Shown here piece by piece: positions 19,022 through 33,009 of a stretch of 64,000 nt of DNA. The first letter of the stretch is position 1, and every line of letters begins with the position of its first letter. Location of the stretch: positions 1,472,001 through 1,536,000 of the forward strand of contig OZ245033.1 in the NCBI GenBank assembly GCA_965224025.1, read 5' to 3'. The stretch is from Candidatus Multivorans sp. Lineage in GTDB: Bacteria > Acidobacteriota > Thermoanaerobaculia > Multivoradales > Multivoraceae. Position numbers and translations under genes: made by a program. Below the pieces are notes generated by a model. It was not told where the DNA came from. It did no database searches and saw nothing but the letters and a program-made list of their open reading frames with translations.

Positions 19022-20997
19022 CTACCGCCGCGGCCGCAGCACCATTCGCCGGTCACCCTCGCGCCGCGTCAGCCGCTGGCGGTCCAGGTGCTCCAGCAAC
19101 GGGATCGCCCATTTCCGGGTGAGGCCGAAGCGGTCCTTGAACTCGGTGACCGTGAACGTGTCCCAGCCGGTGGCGAGCAGGTCGCCCTGGAACTGCTCCA
19201 GGGCGCTGGCGGCCAGGATCAGGCCGTTCGGCAGCCGGGTCAGCCTGCCGCGCTCGACGAGGTAGCGGAGCACGCCGTCGAAGACCTGGGGTTTGGCGCC
19301 GATGCTGCGGCAGAGCTCCTCGGGGGACCCCGGGGTGAGTCCCTGCTTCTCGAATCCCTCGACGATGCTTTGCGCGAGCTTCGACTCGACGTCGGTCAGT
19401 TCGGCGGCGCGGCCGGGCAGGGTGACGAGTTCGCCTTCGACGGCTACCGCCTTGTCCGAACCGCCCTGACCGGCCCAGTTGAGGTAGGCGGGGGCGAGGT
19501 CGGCGGCATGCGTGCCGAGCAGCCGCCGCACCAGTTCGGCCTTGGGCATGCCGCGGGACAGGCGGTCGGCGGCGAAGTGCGCCTCGACCAGTCGGCGGGC
19601 GCTGCGGGAGACGTTGCGGACGGTGGCCGCGGAGACGAACCGTTCGGGTCCCGCCTCAAGCAGCAGGCCGTCCTGGGCGGCGCCGGTCAGCACGCTCGCG
19701 GCGTCGCCGCGGACGACCCCCAGGCGCACGCGAGTTCGGTGGCTGCAAGGCCCGCCTCCCGGCCGTCCGCCGCCCACTGCACGGCGGCCTCGCTGGCGCC
19801 CGCGGTCAGGGCGTCGATCGTCGTTCCGAGAGCCTTGCCGCGGCGGTGGCGCCAGGCCGGGTCCAGCACCTCGCCGCCGCCGAGTGTGGTTTGGGGCGAC
19901 GGCCGCCGGATCACGAAGCGGTCGCCGCGAACTGCCACCAGCGGTTCCTCCAGGCGGATCTCCGCCACCGCCTCCCCGCCCGGTTCCAGGCGTTCCACCC
20001 GTGCGCCCGATGACGGGCGCACGGACTGGTTCACGGGTGACGCGGATCGCGCCACCCGGGTTCCGGGCGCCAGCGGCCGGAGCTTGCCGACCCGCTGCGC
20101 GGCCATGACGTGCAGGCGGACGGAGCAGCTCCCCTCGATCGCCTCGGGCGCCGACGCCAGGAGGCGGCAGCGTACGAGCAGCGAAGTCGAGGCGCGGTAG
20201 ACGCCGGGTGTTGTCAGCTCGTGGCCTCGGGCGACGTCTTCCAGGCCGACGCCGACCAGTTGCAACGAGGTGCGTTCGCCGGCCTCCGCCCGTTCGCGGC
20301 CCTCGCCATGGACTTCGATGCCGCGCACCCGGGCGCGGCCGCCGCCGGGCAGGATGTCCAACTCGTCGCCGGTCGTGACGGTTCCCCTGGCCAGCGTGCC
20401 GGTGACCAGTACGCCGAGCCCCTTCAGGTGGAAGGCGCGGTCGATCGGCAGGCGGGCGGGTAGCCCGCTGTGGCGGTCGATCGGCGCCGCCTCGCCGGCG
20501 AGCCGGACCAGGGTCTCGCGAAGCTGGTCCAGCCCGGCGCCGGTCTCGGACGAGACGGGCAGGATGGGCGCTTCGGCGAACGGAGTGTCGGCGAGCGTTT
20601 CCTCGAGTTCCAACTGCGCCAGCTCCAGCAGATCGGGAGGCACCAGGTCCGTCTTCGAGAGCACCGCGACACCGGCCGGAATCCGGAGCAGCGAGCAGAT
20701 CGCGAGGTGTTCCAGGGTCTGGGGCATGACGCCTTCGTCGGCCGCCACGACCAGGACCATCATCTGGATTCCACCCAGTCCCGCGAGTGCGTTACGCACG
20801 AACCGTTCGTGTCCGGGCACGTCGACGAAGCCGATCTGCCAGCCGTTCTCGATCATCGACGCGAAGCCGAGATCGATGGTGATGCCGCGCCGTTTCTCTT
20901 CCTCCCAACGGTCGCAGTCGACCCCGGTCAGGGCCTGGACGAGGCGGGTCTTGCCGTGGTCGACGTGGCCGGCGGTGCCGACGACGAACCGCTTCAC
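19022..20997 (-). CDS. selB: Selenocysteine-specific elongation factor, frameshifted near 19729, with an in-frame repeat insertion
   Basis: GTAGHVDHGKT, EEKRRGITIDLGF, DVPGHERFVRN, RLPIDRAF; C-terminal winged helix FKDRFGLTRKWAIPLLEHLD lies in a second frame. Confidence 0.93.
19995..20063 (+). repeat. Palindromic repeat family 1, copy E, inside selB
   Basis: ccacccgtgcgcccgatgacgggcgcacggactggttcacgggtgacgcggatcgcgccacccgggttc closely matches 40250-40318 and 41583-41651. Confidence 0.9.
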
Positions 20998-21007
20998 GGC
21001 GTCGGCT

Positions 21008-22375
<1,368 letters not shown>

Positions 22376-22385
22376 GGTGCGTTGT

Positions 22386-24635
22386 TCAGGCTGGAGTCGT
22401 ACGGCTGTGCTGCGGCAGCTCAATCGCGAAGGTCGTGCCGCGTGGTTGGTTGTCTTCGACCCGAATCGAGCCGTTGTGATCGCTGACGATGCGCTGGACG
22501 ATAGCGAGCCCGAGCCCCGAGCCGCGTCCCTTGGTCGAGAAGTAGGGCAGGAACAGCTTCTCGCGCGCCGCCTTCGGAACGCCGCTGCCGGTGTCGCTGA
22601 CGGAGAGGTCGAAGACACCGTTGCTGCGGCCGGCGCGGACCGTGACCTGTCCGGGCGGGGTGGTGGCGGCGATGGCGTTGTCGAGCAGGTTGACGAGGGC
22701 GGAGCGCATCTGGTCGGCGTCCACTTTGGCGTGCAGGCCGTCAGCCCCGGCCTCGATGTGGGCCTCGACTTCGACGCCCGGTTTCAGTTCGCGGTAGAGA
22801 TCGACCGTCTCGCCGATCAGGCGTTCGACATCGACGTCGCGGGGCTGGGGCCGGCGCATGCGGGCGTAGCGCGCGAACTCGTCGACCAGGTTCAGCATGT
22901 TGCCGACCTCGCGCACGATGATGGAAGATCCTTCCTCGATCGCGGCCTCCAGGCTCTTGTCGTTCTTCTTCGCCTTGCGCAGCATGCGTTCCGCGGCGAG
23001 CCTGATCGGCGTCAACGGGTTCTTGATTTCGTGGGCGATGCGCCGCGCCGCCTCGGTCCAGGTGGCGGCCTTCTGGGCGTCGAGCAGGGCGGTCAGATCC
23101 TCGATGACGATGACGTGGCCGAGCAGCTCGAAGCCGCCTCTGCCGCTCGGAGCGCGCAGCGGACTGGTCTTCACTTCCAGCGTCTTCCAGTCGTCCTTGC
23201 CGCCCAGGCTGACCTCCCGACGTGCCGGCGCTCGGGGGCGGCGCGGACTGGCGGCGTCCGGCAGGTCGGCGAAGACGGCTTGGATTCCGCGGTCGGGTAG
23301 CAGCTCGCCCAGCGCTTCCGGGGGCGCGCCGGCGAGTGCGATGTCCGCTGGCAGACCCAACATATCGAGAGCGGCGCGGTTGCAGGTCAGGATCCTCCCG
23401 TCGCGGTCGAGCGACAAGACGCCGGCGGGACCGCTCTCGAGCACCGCCTCGATCCGCGCGCGCTCAGCGTCCAGACGTCGATTCGTGGCGATCAGATCGC
23501 GGTTCGAGTCCTGGAGCGCGTCCGTCATCCGGTTGAACGAGTCGACGAGCACCTGGACCTCATCGTCGGCGGCCGCCTCGACCCGGTGTGCCAGGTCGCC
23601 GCCGGCGATGCGGCGGGTACCGTCCGCCAGCGCCTCGATCGGTCCGGTCACCCGGCCGGCGAGATAGAGGCCGACCCAGCAGGAAACGAGCAGGATGCAC
23701 AGGGTGACGGTCAGGAACAGCAGCCAGTACGCGGCTCGTATCTCGTCGCGCTGGGCGTGCAGTTGCCGGCGCGACTGGTAGGCGCCGATCAGGGTCTCCG
23801 TGTTGCCGGCGAGTTCGGCGTCGAGCAGGCGGCCGGCGACCGCCACGATAGCTTCTGCGCCGCCGCCCGTTGCCGCCGCCGCCGCGAGGATCAAGCGCTC
23901 TTCCTTGCCGGAAACCTCGCCTATGGCGCGCGCGGCGCCGGTGCGAATCGCTTCCAGCAGCATGCCGCGCGTCGGTTCGGGCACTTCGGACAGAGTCTGG
24001 GAGTTGACCCTCGCGTAGAGGAAGGTCGTGTCCCGGTACACGGCCAGGTAGTCCAGGTCGGCCGCAGGCAGCATCTCCCCCAGGGCCCGCAGGAGGCTGC
24101 CCCGTCCGCGGGGGTCGTCGAGGTCGAGATCGGCCGTGTCGCGGAGAAAGCGCTCGGCGTCGCGCAGCAACTGGTCCTGGTGGGTGGAGGTGAGGGCCTG
24201 GGAGACCTGGTTCGCCGGTTCCAGCAGGTCGTCGATATCGGTGCGGAACATGCGGTCGATCGAGCCCTGCAGGAGTTCGGTCGCGTAGGCGAACAGGACC
24301 AGTCCCGGAATCAGCGACAGGCCGATGTAGGTCAGGATCAGCTTGGTGCGGAACTTGGCGCCCAGACGCTGCCGCCGCCGCTCGATCCACAGCTTGGTCA
24401 GGTTGCGGACGAGAACGAACGCGACGATCAGGATCAGCACCACGTTCAGGTTGCGCAGCGCGAACAGGAGGATGCTGTTGTTGAGCACCGTGGGATCGAT
24501 CTCGCGGCCGCGCTGGAGCGCGTAGTAGCCGGCAGTCGGCACCGCGAGGGCCAGCACCAGCAGCCAGACCAGGAAGCGGTTGCTCTTGATCAGTTCGCGC
24601 AGCGAGCGCGGCGGGGTGGTTTGCGTCGCGGTCAC
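22386..24635 (-). CDS. ntrY: HAMP-PAS sensor histidine kinase, NtrY-like
   Basis: GAKFRTKL, HAMP, PAS, ARRIAHEIKNPLTPI, FLPYFSTK..GSGLGL. Confidence 0.9.
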   Translation of the reverse strand: MTATQTTPPRSLRELIKSNRFLVWLLVLALAVPTAGYYALQRGREIDPTVLNNSILLFALRNLNVVLILIVAFVLVRNLTKLWIERRRQRLGAKFRTKLILTYIGLSLIPGLVLFAYATELLQGSIDRMFRTDIDDLLEPANQVSQALTSTHQDQLLRDAERFLRDTADLDLDDPRGRGSLLRALGEMLPAADLDYLAVYRDTTFLYARVNSQTLSEVPEPTRGMLLEAIRTGAARAIGEVSGKEERLILAAAAATGGGAEAIVAVAGRLLDAELAGNTETLIGAYQSRRQLHAQRDEIRAAYWLLFLTVTLCILLVSCWVGLYLAGRVTGPIEALADGTRRIAGGDLAHRVEAAADDEVQVLVDSFNRMTDALQDSNRDLIATNRRLDAERARIEAVLESGPAGVLSLDRDGRILTCNRAALDMLGLPADIALAGAPPEALGELLPDRGIQAVFADLPDAASPRRPRAPARREVSLGGKDDWKTLEVKTSPLRAPSGRGGFELLGHVIVIEDLTALLDAQKAATWTEAARRIAHEIKNPLTPIRLAAERMLRKAKKNDKSLEAAIEEGSSIIVREVGNMLNLVDEFARYARMRRPQPRDVDVERLIGETVDLYRELKPGVEVEAHIEAGADGLHAKVDADQMRSALVNLLDNAIAATTPPGQVTVRAGRSNGVFDLSVSDTGSGVPKAAREKLFLPYFSTKGRGSGLGLAIVQRIVSDHNGSIRVEDNQPRGTTFAIELPQHSRTTPA

Positions 24636-24636
24636 G

Positions 24637-25251
24637 TCACTCGGCGCGCGGGCCCCGGACCTCTCGCCGGAACGGAGGGAAGGGCCTGGTCTGAGCCCAG
24701 GCGGTATGGACCCGGTCCGGTATCAAGCCGAGACGGGTTCGCGACCGCAGTTCCGCGCGGACTCTGAGGACGAACCGTCCCGATTCATCGCCCTCGATCT
24801 CGATCGATGGCAGCTTCTCGAAGACCGTCATTGCCCGCTCCAGGTCGGCGGCCGAGGTCACGACACGGCTCGCGTAGAGCTCGCCGTCGCGCTTGAAGTT
24901 GACCAGGTACTCCCGCGTGAGCGCGTTGTACATCGCCACCACCTGCAGCCGGGTCGCGCCGACCCGCTTGTCGAACCAGCGGCGGCGCAGTCTCTGGACC
25001 TCGATGTCGTACGTGAAGCCGGTTGGCAAACCGCTCTCGATCTTCTCCCAGGTTCGTTCGTCCAGGGCGCGGTCGAGGCGGAAGCTGACCAGCAACGCGG
25101 CGCCTTCGCGAACGACGGACAGAGCGGCGATGCCGGCTTTGCGGGTTCGGGCGGAACCCTCTCGTGGGGGCTGGGCCGCGAGTACGTCGGCGCCCAGGAC
25201 GCTCGACAGGCTGAGCGCGCAGATCAGCCGCCCCGCCCACGGGACTCTCAT
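24637..25251 (-). CDS. DUF4390-like exported protein
   Basis: Signal peptide; IESGLPTGFTY..WFD..YNALTREY; usual position upstream of ntrY. Confidence 0.7.
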   Translation of the reverse strand: MRVPWAGRLICALSLSSVLGADVLAAQPPREGSARTRKAGIAALSVVREGAALLVSFRLDRALDERTWEKIESGLPTGFTYDIEVQRLRRRWFDKRVGATRLQVVAMYNALTREYLVNFKRDGELYASRVVTSAADLERAMTVFEKLPSIEIEGDESGRFVLRVRAELRSRTRLGLIPDRVHTAWAQTRPFPPFRREVRGPRAE

Positions 25252-25297
25252 GCGGGCGACACTACCAGCCCGCCGGTCCGGGCGGTGGACTGCGGCG

Positions 25298-26302
25298 CTA
25301 CTGCGGTGGACCGGCCAGGAGCGGCGCCCAGGCCGAAGGCTGCTTCGGATCGAGGGGGAGGTCCACTTGCGGCGGAAGTTCTTCGCCGACCATCCAGGTC
25401 CAGCACTGCGGACTCCTGACCAGCTCCTTGAGCAGATCGTAGTGGAGTTGGTGGCCGCCGCGCAGGATCTCGAAGTGACCCCAGATCGGCGCGCCGAGCA
25501 GAGTGAAGTCGCCGACCGCGTCGAGCGCCTTGTGACGGACCGGTTCGTCGGCGAAGCGGAGGTCGGTGTTCACCGCCCCTTTCTCGTCGAACACGATGCA
25601 GTTGTCGACCGATCCGCCGAGACCCAATCCGGCACGCTGCATCTGCTCGACATCCATCTGGCGGCAGAACGTTCGCGCCGGCGCCAGGTCGCGCTCGAAG
25701 CTGCGTTGGTCGACTTCCAGTTGCAGCCGCTGCCGCCCCACGGCACAGCCCGGGAAATCGATCGTGTAGTCGAGGCGCAGACCCGGATAGGGGGAAGCGC
25801 GCAGCCACTTGTCGCCGCGCTTGAACTCGAGCACCGAGGTCATTGCCACGATCCGCCGGTCGGCGTTCTGCCGGCGGATCCCGGCCGCCTGCAGCAGCAG
25901 CACGTAGGGCATCGCCGAACCGTCCAGAATAGGCACTTCGGGGCCGTCCAGTTCCACGACCAGATTGTCGATGCCGAGGGCGTAGACGGCGGCGAGCAGA
26001 TGCTCCACCGTCGAGACGGTGATGTCGTCGCGGCCGAGCGTCGTGGCCAGCTCGAGGGAACTGACGCCCTTGATGTCGGCACGGACCTCGACGTTGCCGG
26101 CATCGGTGCGGCGGAACCGGATGCCGCTGCCCGCCGGCGCCTGTAGGATCCGCAGATTCGTTTCCTTGCCGGTGTGGATGCCCACGCCCGAGATGGCGGT
26201 GGACCGGCGGATCGTCTGCTGCCGGAAGAGACGGTCGCGGGCGCTGTCGGATCGGGAGGGATGGCTTCGGTCCCGGTTCGCTCCATTGACGCGTCTGCCC
26301 AT
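25298..26302 (-). CDS. lpxC: UDP-3-O-acyl-N-acetylglucosamine deacetylase
   Basis: QQTI..GVGIHTG, TVEHLLAA, EVPILDGSA, ARTF, RFADEPVRHKALD; start uncertain. Confidence 0.95.
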   Translation of the reverse strand: MGRRVNGANRDRSHPSRSDSARDRLFRQQTIRRSTAISGVGIHTGKETNLRILQAPAGSGIRFRRTDAGNVEVRADIKGVSSLELATTLGRDDITVSTVEHLLAAVYALGIDNLVVELDGPEVPILDGSAMPYVLLLQAAGIRRQNADRRIVAMTSVLEFKRGDKWLRASPYPGLRLDYTIDFPGCAVGRQRLQLEVDQRSFERDLAPARTFCRQMDVEQMQRAGLGLGGSVDNCIVFDEKGAVNTDLRFADEPVRHKALDAVGDFTLLGAPIWGHFEILRGGHQLHYDLLKELVRSPQCWTWMVGEELPPQVDLPLDPKQPSAWAPLLAGPPQ

Positions 26303-26316
26303 CGACGGGTTGACCG

Positions 26317-26332
26317 AGCACGGATCGTGCCA
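26317..26332 (-). promoter_or_regulatory. Candidate sigma54 promoter upstream of lpxC
   Basis: TGGCACGATCCGTGCT (GG-N10-GC); dyad TGTGGC-N6-GCCACA at 26443-26460. Confidence 0.5.
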
Positions 26333-26608
26333 GCCGCTGCCGCGCCGGGGCCGTCCTTTCGAGTTGCCTGTCTCCTCAAGGAGTTCCTTGGCCTTTCTAC
26401 ATGGACCTGTTCCCCTTCCGGTTGAGTCCTTGCGATTCGACCTGTGGCTTATTGGCCACACATCTGTGGCGCCTCGACCGCACGGGGCGCCGCCCGCCGC
26501 AGGGGTAGACTCCGGCAAGCCTTGAGCGGCACGACACTTTGATCCTGAAGGGTCCCTGAAGAAGTTGCGGGCGCCTGCGCGGCTCAGGATGCCGGGGGAC
26601 GGACACCT

Positions 26609-27129
26609 ATGGCCAAGCGCACCAACCGACAGTCCCCGGCCGGCGGTCTGCCCCTGGCGGTGAATCGAAAGGCGAGGCGGCAGTACCGGGTGCTGGAGCG
26701 CTTCGAGGCGGGTATCGAACTTCTGGGCACTGAGGTCAAGTCGATTCGCGGCGGCAAGATCCAGTTGCGGGAGAGCTACGTCGCCTTCCGTGACCACGAG
26801 GCCTGGCTGCTGGACGCCCACATATCGGCCTACAGCCACGGCAACCGGGAGAACCACGAACTGGAGCGGCCGCGCCGGTTGCTTCTGAACCGGCGCGAGA
26901 TCGACCGTCTGTTCGGGCGCACCCGCGACCGGGGCTTGACGGTCGTGCCGCTCTCCGTTTATCTGAAGGGGAACCGGATCAAGGTCGAACTGGGCCTGGC
27001 CGAGGGCAGGAAGTTGTACGACAAACGCCAGCAGGAGCGCGAGAGGACCCTCGATCGGGAGGCCGGCGAGGTGTTCCGGGGCCGCCGGCGGATGCACACG
27101 GGCCCTTCGGAGCACGGGGAGCCCGGCCC

Positions 27130-27133
<4 letters not shown>
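26609..27133 (+). CDS. smpB: SsrA-binding protein
   Basis: [38 protein letters not shown]. Confidence 0.97.
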
Positions 27134-29976
<2,843 letters not shown>

Positions 29977-30007
29977 AGAGAGTCGGGAAGAGGGCCGGAG
30001 GGGAAGC

Positions 30008-31501
30008 GTGGTGACGTCGAGCCCATCGTCGGACCTGGCCGGTCGCCGGCAGCGCCTGCAGCTCGAGACGCTGTACGACCTGGTGGTGGCGCTCTACTCG
30101 CACGAGTCCGAGCAGGGTCTGCTCGACGATCTCCTGCAGAGAGTGTGCACGGTGGTCGATCCGGCGGCCGCCGCGGCGGTCACCCGAGACCGCTTCGGCG
30201 TCGCCCGTGCCGCCGCGACGGTCGGTTTCGGCAGCCGTCCGCCGTCCGCCGAGACGCTTCTTGCAGGCCCCCTGTGGCACGACCTGCTGGCCCAGGATGA
30301 GACCGTGGCGCGAACCGGCGGCAAGCTGGCGGACCGCGAGTTCCGTTCCCTCGTGGCGGCGCCGCTCAAGTCGCGCGACTCCCTGCTCGGCTTTGTGGCG
30401 GTGCTCGACAAGGAGGCGCGCGGCGCCAGCGAACCAGGGTTCAGCGACGGAGACCGGCGCTTCCTCAGGTCCGTCGCCGCGTTGGCCGGTGTCGCCGTGG
30501 ATGGTCTGCGCCAGGTGGAGCGTCTGGTCGTTTCGCGTGAGCGTTTGGCGGAAGAGAACAAGCTGCTGAAGGAACGCCTGGACGACCTCGCGGAGGTCGG
30601 GGGCCAGCGGATCGTGGCCTACGCGCCGGCCATGCGGCGCATCCTGGAGGTCATCGACCGGGTTGCGCCGCGCAGCGTCAGCGTCCTGCTGCATGGCGAG
30701 AGCGGCACCGGCAAGGAACTCATGGCGGCGCTCCTGCACCGGCGGTCGGAACGCCCGGGACCGCTGGTGGCGGTCAACTGCGCCGCCCTCCCTGAGAGCC
30801 TGCTGGAGAGCGAGCTGTTCGGCATCGAGGGCGGCGTGGCGACCGGCGTGCGAGCTCGCCTGGGCCGCTTCGAACTGGCAGACGGAGGCACCCTCTTTCT
30901 CGACGAAGTGGCCGATCTCGATGTCGCTTCGCAGGTCAAGCTGCTGCGTGCGCTCCAGGAGCGTGAAATCGTCCGTGTCGGCGGTCACCAGGCGATCCCG
31001 GTCGACACGCGTGTGGTTGCCGCGACCCACCAACCGCTCGAGCAGCTCGTGGCCGAGGGTCGCTTCCGGGAGGATCTGTACTACCGCCTGAAGGGGATCA
31101 GCGTCGAGTTGCCGCCGCTGCGGGAGCGACGTCGGGACATCCCGCATCTGGTGCGGTACTTCGCCGAGCGGTTCTGCGACCGGGAGGCGGTTGAGCTGCC
31201 CCAGTTCGACCGCGGGGCCCTGAACCTGCTCCTGGCGCATGACTATCCGGGCAATGTCCGGGAGCTTCGGAACATCGTCGAGGGCGCCGCTTCCCTGGCC
31301 GACGGCACGGTCGACACGTCGCTGATTCAGTCGCTGATCGGAGGCACTGCCGCGGGCCAGCCGGGCCCGGAGCCGCTCGATCTGGAGACCGTCAAGCGCC
31401 GCCATGTGCGGAGGGTGATCACCTTGACCGGAGGCAACAAGAGCGCCGCGGCGAAACTGCTGGGCGTGCACCGCCGCACTCTGTCCCGCGGTCGCTACTG
31501 A
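30008..31501 (+). CDS. GAF-domain sigma54 activator (bEBP) with Fis HTH
   Basis: N-terminal GAF, coiled coil, GESGTGKE, ESELFGIEGGVATGV, FLDEV, FREDLYYRL, PGNVREL. Confidence 0.92.
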   Translation: MVTSSPSSDLAGRRQRLQLETLYDLVVALYSHESEQGLLDDLLQRVCTVVDPAAAAAVTRDRFGVARAAATVGFGSRPPSAETLLAGPLWHDLLAQDETVARTGGKLADREFRSLVAAPLKSRDSLLGFVAVLDKEARGASEPGFSDGDRRFLRSVAALAGVAVDGLRQVERLVVSRERLAEENKLLKERLDDLAEVGGQRIVAYAPAMRRILEVIDRVAPRSVSVLLHGESGTGKELMAALLHRRSERPGPLVAVNCAALPESLLESELFGIEGGVATGVRARLGRFELADGGTLFLDEVADLDVASQVKLLRALQEREIVRVGGHQAIPVDTRVVAATHQPLEQLVAEGRFREDLYYRLKGISVELPPLRERRRDIPHLVRYFAERFCDREAVELPQFDRGALNLLLAHDYPGNVRELRNIVEGAASLADGTVDTSLIQSLIGGTAAGQPGPEPLDLETVKRRHVRRVITLTGGNKSAAAKLLGVHRRTLSRGRY

Positions 31502-31528
31502 TCCGTTGGCCTCTGGTTGAGCCCCGAA

Positions 31529-31563
31529 GGGTCATTATGTCCCTCTATGGGGCATAATGACCC
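31529..31563. promoter_or_regulatory. Inverted repeat; candidate activator site or terminator
   Basis: gggtcattatg-N13-cataatgaccc; related half-site gggacaaaatg at 31631. Confidence 0.5.
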
Positions 31564-31735
31564 GCACATGCTCCTGGTGTGCATTCGTGGCCGGTCCCGG
31601 CTGACTTCAACGTCGATCGATTATCCCGTCGGGACAAAATGCCGCGCTTCCCGATTCGCGATCGGCTTGACCCGATCTTCCGCAAAGGCTTGTCAGGCCT
31701 GGAATCCCGGCCCTCTGCCAGACGTCGGCCTCCGT

Positions 31736-31751
31736 TGGCAGCGGACTTGCT
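31736..31751 (+). promoter_or_regulatory. Sigma54 (-24/-12) promoter
   Basis: TGGCAGCGGACTTGCT fits TGGCA-N6-TTGC; 30 nt upstream of an ATG with a GGGAGG RBS. Confidence 0.7.
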
Positions 31752-31781
31752 CTTAGGGAAGGGCACCGAAGGGAGGTCGGC

Positions 31782-32003
31782 ATGATGGTAGGGTCGCAGT
31801 TCAGTTTTTTGGACCGTGAGGGCGCTGCCGCGCCGGCGTCGGGGTCGAGGGTTCTGTCAAGTTTCTTGTACTGGGCCTTCAGTTCGATTCCGGCCGGTGT
31901 GTTCTGGTCTTCTGCGGTCGTGGCGAGTTTCGTATGGTTCCTGTTGAACGATCAATTCCATCCCGCGGTGATCTACTGTCTGAAGCTGTTTCTGACCGCC
32001 TAG
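31782..32003 (+). CDS. Small (73 aa) hydrophobic membrane protein
   Basis: Strong RBS; aromatic and hydrophobic C-terminal half FLYWAFSSIPAGVFWSSAVVASFVWFLLNDQFHPAVIYCLKLFLTA. Confidence 0.65.
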   Translation: MMVGSQFSFLDREGAAAPASGSRVLSSFLYWAFSSIPAGVFWSSAVVASFVWFLLNDQFHPAVIYCLKLFLTA

Positions 32004-32150
32004 CAGCGTGCGCGGCCGGAAGATCGGCGCACCCCATGTTCTGTGGCGCACGCTTGTATGGAACAAGCCCTTTCCTGTGCGTCAGCGCGGCGCGGACGCC
32101 GCGACTTGACTCCTAGGGTGGCTGCTTCGGCGCCCGTTGCTTCTTCCTCC

Positions 32151-32594
32151 ATGTCTGAGTTCGGGGTACTCGAAGAGACCCACCTGACGTTCAGGCTCGC
32201 GCCTGAAATGGAACTCCAGGCGCGGGCCAGCGCCTGCGCGGTGGCGAAGTCCATACGGATGAGCACCGACAAGGTCGAGGAAGTGGGCATGGCTGTGGTC
32301 GAGGCGTGCATCAACGCGATCGAACACAGCGGGGCCGCCGACGGCCAGTTGCATCTCGCGTTGGCGGTGTTGGGGCCGGCGGAGGCGGACGATCCGCGTG
32401 TGCTGCGGATCACGATCCAGGACGACGGAATTGGATTCGATCCCTCCAAGGTGGTACAACCGAGAATTGAGGACAACCTCACGTCGATGCGAAAGCGCGG
32501 ATGGGGCTTGAAGATCATCGAGGGCTTGATGGACGAGGTGAACGTGCTCTCGGGTGAGGGCGGCACATCAGTCGTCATGTCGAAGGCGCGCTGA
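32151..32594 (+). CDS. RsbW-like anti-sigma factor / serine kinase
   Basis: AVVEACINAIEHS, IQDDGIGFD, RGWGLKIIEGLMDEV. Confidence 0.92.
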   Translation: MSEFGVLEETHLTFRLAPEMELQARASACAVAKSIRMSTDKVEEVGMAVVEACINAIEHSGAADGQLHLALAVLGPAEADDPRVLRITIQDDGIGFDPSKVVQPRIEDNLTSMRKRGWGLKIIEGLMDEVNVLSGEGGTSVVMSKAR

Positions 32595-32623
32595 CGCATG
32601 CGCGGGAGAGTTGGGTTGGGTCC

Positions 32624-32983
32624 ATGACCGAGGGTCTCAAGTTGGACGTGGAACGCCGCCAGGATCTGGCGGTGATCTACACGGACGGCTACATCAACAA
32701 CCAGGGGGGCGAGGAGATCGCCGAGGCCGCCTATGCTTTGCTGGACGACGGCTACAGGTCGCTGCTGCTCAACCTCCAGGGCACGAAGATCGTCAACTCG
32801 ATCGGGATCTCGATCCTGATCGAGATCATCGAGAAGATGATTGAGGTGAAGGGGCGTCTGTCGTTCTGCAATCTCACGCCGACGATCGAGAAGACGTTCC
32901 ACATCATGGGCCTGGCGCAGTACTCGACGATCTACCCGGACGAGCAGGCGGCAGTCACTGAACTCCAGTCGGGTCCGTCCTGA
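32624..32983 (+). CDS. RsbV-like STAS anti-anti-sigma factor
   Basis: LLLNLQGTKIVNSIGISILI (phospho-Ser), F.IMGL. Confidence 0.92.
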   Translation: MTEGLKLDVERRQDLAVIYTDGYINNQGGEEIAEAAYALLDDGYRSLLLNLQGTKIVNSIGISILIEIIEKMIEVKGRLSFCNLTPTIEKTFHIMGLAQYSTIYPDEQAAVTELQSGPS

Positions 32984-33009
32984 CTCACCGGACTGCCGAG
33001 CAACCCGCG

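Noticed and set aside
26340-26600. tmRNA or 6S RNA next to smpB
   Set aside because: No tRNA-like ends, tag peptide or long central-bubble hairpin could be recognised.
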